From the NCBI GenBank assembly GCA_965637545.1, contig OZ281496.1:2480001-2544000 (forward strand): a stretch of 64,000 nucleotides of DNA, in the 5' to 3' direction. The stretch comes from Phallusia mammillata. Lineage: Eukaryota. The notes under the pieces were generated by a model. That model did not search any database. It saw only the letters and a list, made by a program, of their open reading frames with translations, and was not told where the DNA came from. Both the position numbers and the translations under genes were made by a program. Positions within the stretch are counted from its first letter, which is position 1. Each line of letters starts with the position of its first letter. Shown here piece after piece: positions 61,304-64,000 of the stretch.

Positions 61304-63031
61304 AACCATAAAAGCAAGGGGCGACGCAACGTTTATTAAAGCTAAAACACTCAAGCATATCACATGTAACCTGTCAACCACAGCAGGCTGGCTACAAACA
61401 AACTGACAACAATAATATTGACTTGGAAACAATGCATGGACATAAACTATGAAAACTTTACAATTAAACCTTAAACTTCACGCATTTATTATATGTCTGA
61501 ACTAACACCAGATACGTAAATACGACAGATATCGTTAAACTCGCCTGGTTACACATTCACTGACTTATTCTTCTCCACTTTTACTACCATGATACCTTTC
61601 CTTTCATCAGGGTTTTTTACATTAAATTTAAGGTACATTAAAATTCCGACACAAGCACAACCTCTTGACCTTACCTGCCGGCGTCTATTAGGGTTTTGCA
61701 AACTTTTTAACGCCGCGATGTGACGTGCGTACCAGGGTTGTATACACCAGCTCTAAAACCTACCATATTCCAATTAAAATATACCACAATCATGCCGTTA
61801 CATGGGCTGTAACAAACTGACCACAGGCAAACAAGTTAGGCAGTAGCGTATTGACTACCAAACAAAAAACTTGCAAGTCGTTAGCTGCCAAACAGCACTC
61901 AAGCAGTCAATGAAGCATGACGCAAACAGTGTGGTTAAAGCCGACGCAATTGTGCGATTGTGCGTGCGAGTGATTTATCAGTGTGGTTCGCCCTAGGCAA
62001 ACAATATAAAGTGCACCAGCTAGCCTTCCGGTATATTGTAAATAATGTAATATAAGTATGTATTTCTTCTTAAACTATCACTTGAATTTAAAAAAAGTAT
62101 TTGTTATGTCACGAAACGTCGCTGCATGTCGAAGCTGTCATGGCGCAACAGCCTCTGTTTAACATGAAACATTTTTCTCCTTCGACGTGACGTTATTGTT
62201 TACCAAGGTACTATATGTTGGCGCTAAAAACTGCTGTTCGTAAAACTTTCAAGTGACTTCAGTCTGAAGGGCAGAAGTATGTCCTAGGTTAAATTGACCG
62301 ATAAGATACATTTACTATAAACGGTCGTATCTAGTTTCACATACATTCTGTATCTAGACATTTTGCTCACAAAACATGATTTTGACCCAATGAATGACAA
62401 CTGCAGCAGCCAAGTCTTTATTTCTGAACTTTTCTATTCAGAAAATAAATTCCTTATTAAAAACTATCCATCACGTCTTTGGCAAAACAAATCACTACAG
62501 TCTGGCGTAACATGCGTGGCGCGCGAAGTTTTCGCCGATCGACCTTAGCAAACACACTTGCGATAACAAGTATATAGCATGTGACGCGCAAAACTTTCCG
62601 CAAATGAGCGAGCTCGTGTAAAACCGGCATTTTGGAGAATATTGAAATTGTTAAATGTCAGAAAATATAATTTGTCATTTGATTTGCTTTAAACATAGTT
62701 AGCAGTCTTATTTCTTTGCAATCAATAATGGCATTCAAGATCCAAATCATTAGGATTCGTGCATGTCCACTAGAAATATTGTTAATTAATACTCAAATCC
62801 GCATTCTAGAAAATGTGGCTTTCTGATGGTGTTTACAATATCAAAAGGGGACGCTGGATAGTTCTAGGCAGTTCCAATATACGCAATTTGGTGAAACAAT
62901 AGAAAACTGTTCCTGAAAAGGGCACTTATTCCAACTTCCTTTAACAATAACAATACCAATACGATTACACGTGAAAGACGCTAATTACAATTTTTGCATA
63001 CTCATGGGTCCTGAACGTAAACAAATAAAGT

Positions 63032-63098
63032 TAATTTAGGTAACTGCTGGCTACTTTTCCGAATACTGAAAAAAAGTAGCCAGCAGTTACCTAAATTA
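63032..63098. repeat. Perfect 27-bp-stem hairpin with 13-nt loop
   Basis: 63032-63058 is the exact reverse complement of 63072-63098. Confidence 0.95.
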
Positions 63099-63654
63099 CG
63101 AACGAGTCATGCCTCGATTGGCACAAATCGGATTAAATAATACTCGACATGATGAACGTATTTTTTTTATCACATCCACATTTAGTACCTTTTAAGCTGA
63201 ATTAAGATGGTGTCCTAGCAGTAGCACAAGCGGTTTACCTGACATTACCATCAACAAACTTTGCAACCATTTGCCCTGTTGTCCAAATCGCTCGTGATAG
63301 GAACTTGTAACAACACCAACGAACCTGCAGTCCCACAAATGTATGCCAAAACATGCTAAAACACAATTTCTTTCCTAAACCTTCCATACCTCGCTGTGAA
63401 TGTGAAACTGGGCCACGTGGTGCGGCTAGAGTGTGCACTGAACCGGACCCGAACGAAAAAAGCAGTTGTACTTTTATGAGTGCGCAAACATTACCGGTTC
63501 GTTGAACATCACCTTTTCACAGGTTTGTTTCTATTTGCCTGGTAGATAAACAATACGTACATAAAAGATATCATTATCGCCAGATATAGGCTTAAGCATT
63601 TGAGGTTATGTCATACAGGGGCTACATTAGCTCATATGGCCAATCTCTCGTCAC

Positions 63655-63697
63655 CAGCTACACTGATGAGACCTTATAGGTCGAAACTGTCGGAAGC
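63655..63697 (+). ncRNA. Minimal hammerhead ribozyme motif
   Basis: CTGATGA-GACC-TTATA-GGTC-GAAA-CTGTC: canonical core with a perfect 4-bp stem II and GTC triplet; stem I only partly paired. Confidence 0.65.
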
Positions 63698-64000
63698 TTA
63701 TCAGGTTATGGTTATGTATCAACTTTTATAAAAGTCTTCTATAACGAATGATTGGGCCTCTAATCTTTGAGCAGGTGCCTGTAGCACGCTGAAAGCATCA
63801 CTGTTTTGATGCTCATTGTGTTGCCCCGTTGGTAAATATGCCATCACTCAAGAAATAATCTTTTCCCACAAAACAAGTAGACATGATGTTTTTTTTATAA
63901 TTGTAAAGATATAGTAATTCTTTTCTTATTATTGAAATCTCCTTTCATGTAAAACGACGGCGACGATTCAGAGTCATTAAAATCAGATCAGTCTGTCGCT

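Overview
AT-rich eukaryotic genomic DNA with short GT-AG introns; the gene families suggest an ascidian/tunicate (inference, not shown directly). Host genes: (1) a C2H2 zinc-finger gene (911-2335, +) with 8 intact fingers followed by 7 more that are frameshifted, arranged as a 5-finger higher-order repeat; (2) two tandem, minus-strand LDLa-repeat GPCR genes of the relaxin-receptor/GRL101 type that lack LRRs (11146-14942 with one 1-nt frameshift; 26260-33247 with five in-frame stops and an LTR element in intron 1); (3) a multi-exon minus-strand gene (49273 to at least 59769, probably 61303) that I spliced by hand. It encodes a degenerate NACHT-associated region, six phase-0 LRR exons, a ZU5-UPA (FIIND-like) module with a PIDD-type HF/TW autoproteolysis motif, and a Gly-rich amyloid-like motif instead of a CARD or death domain. 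This NLRP1-like architecture is the strongest candidate for an undescribed system. The rest is densely nested mobile DNA: two deleted Gypsy elements, a solo-LTR-like sequence, a pogo DD35D transposon, a 6.2-kb element with ~94-bp TIRs carrying a CaRF-like/Ulp1/PHD gene, about 10 hAT MITEs (most with exact 8-bp TSDs), a LINE remnant, Penelope-type hammerhead motifs and a 70-bp minisatellite. All domain calls come from motif recognition by eye; no database searches were run.
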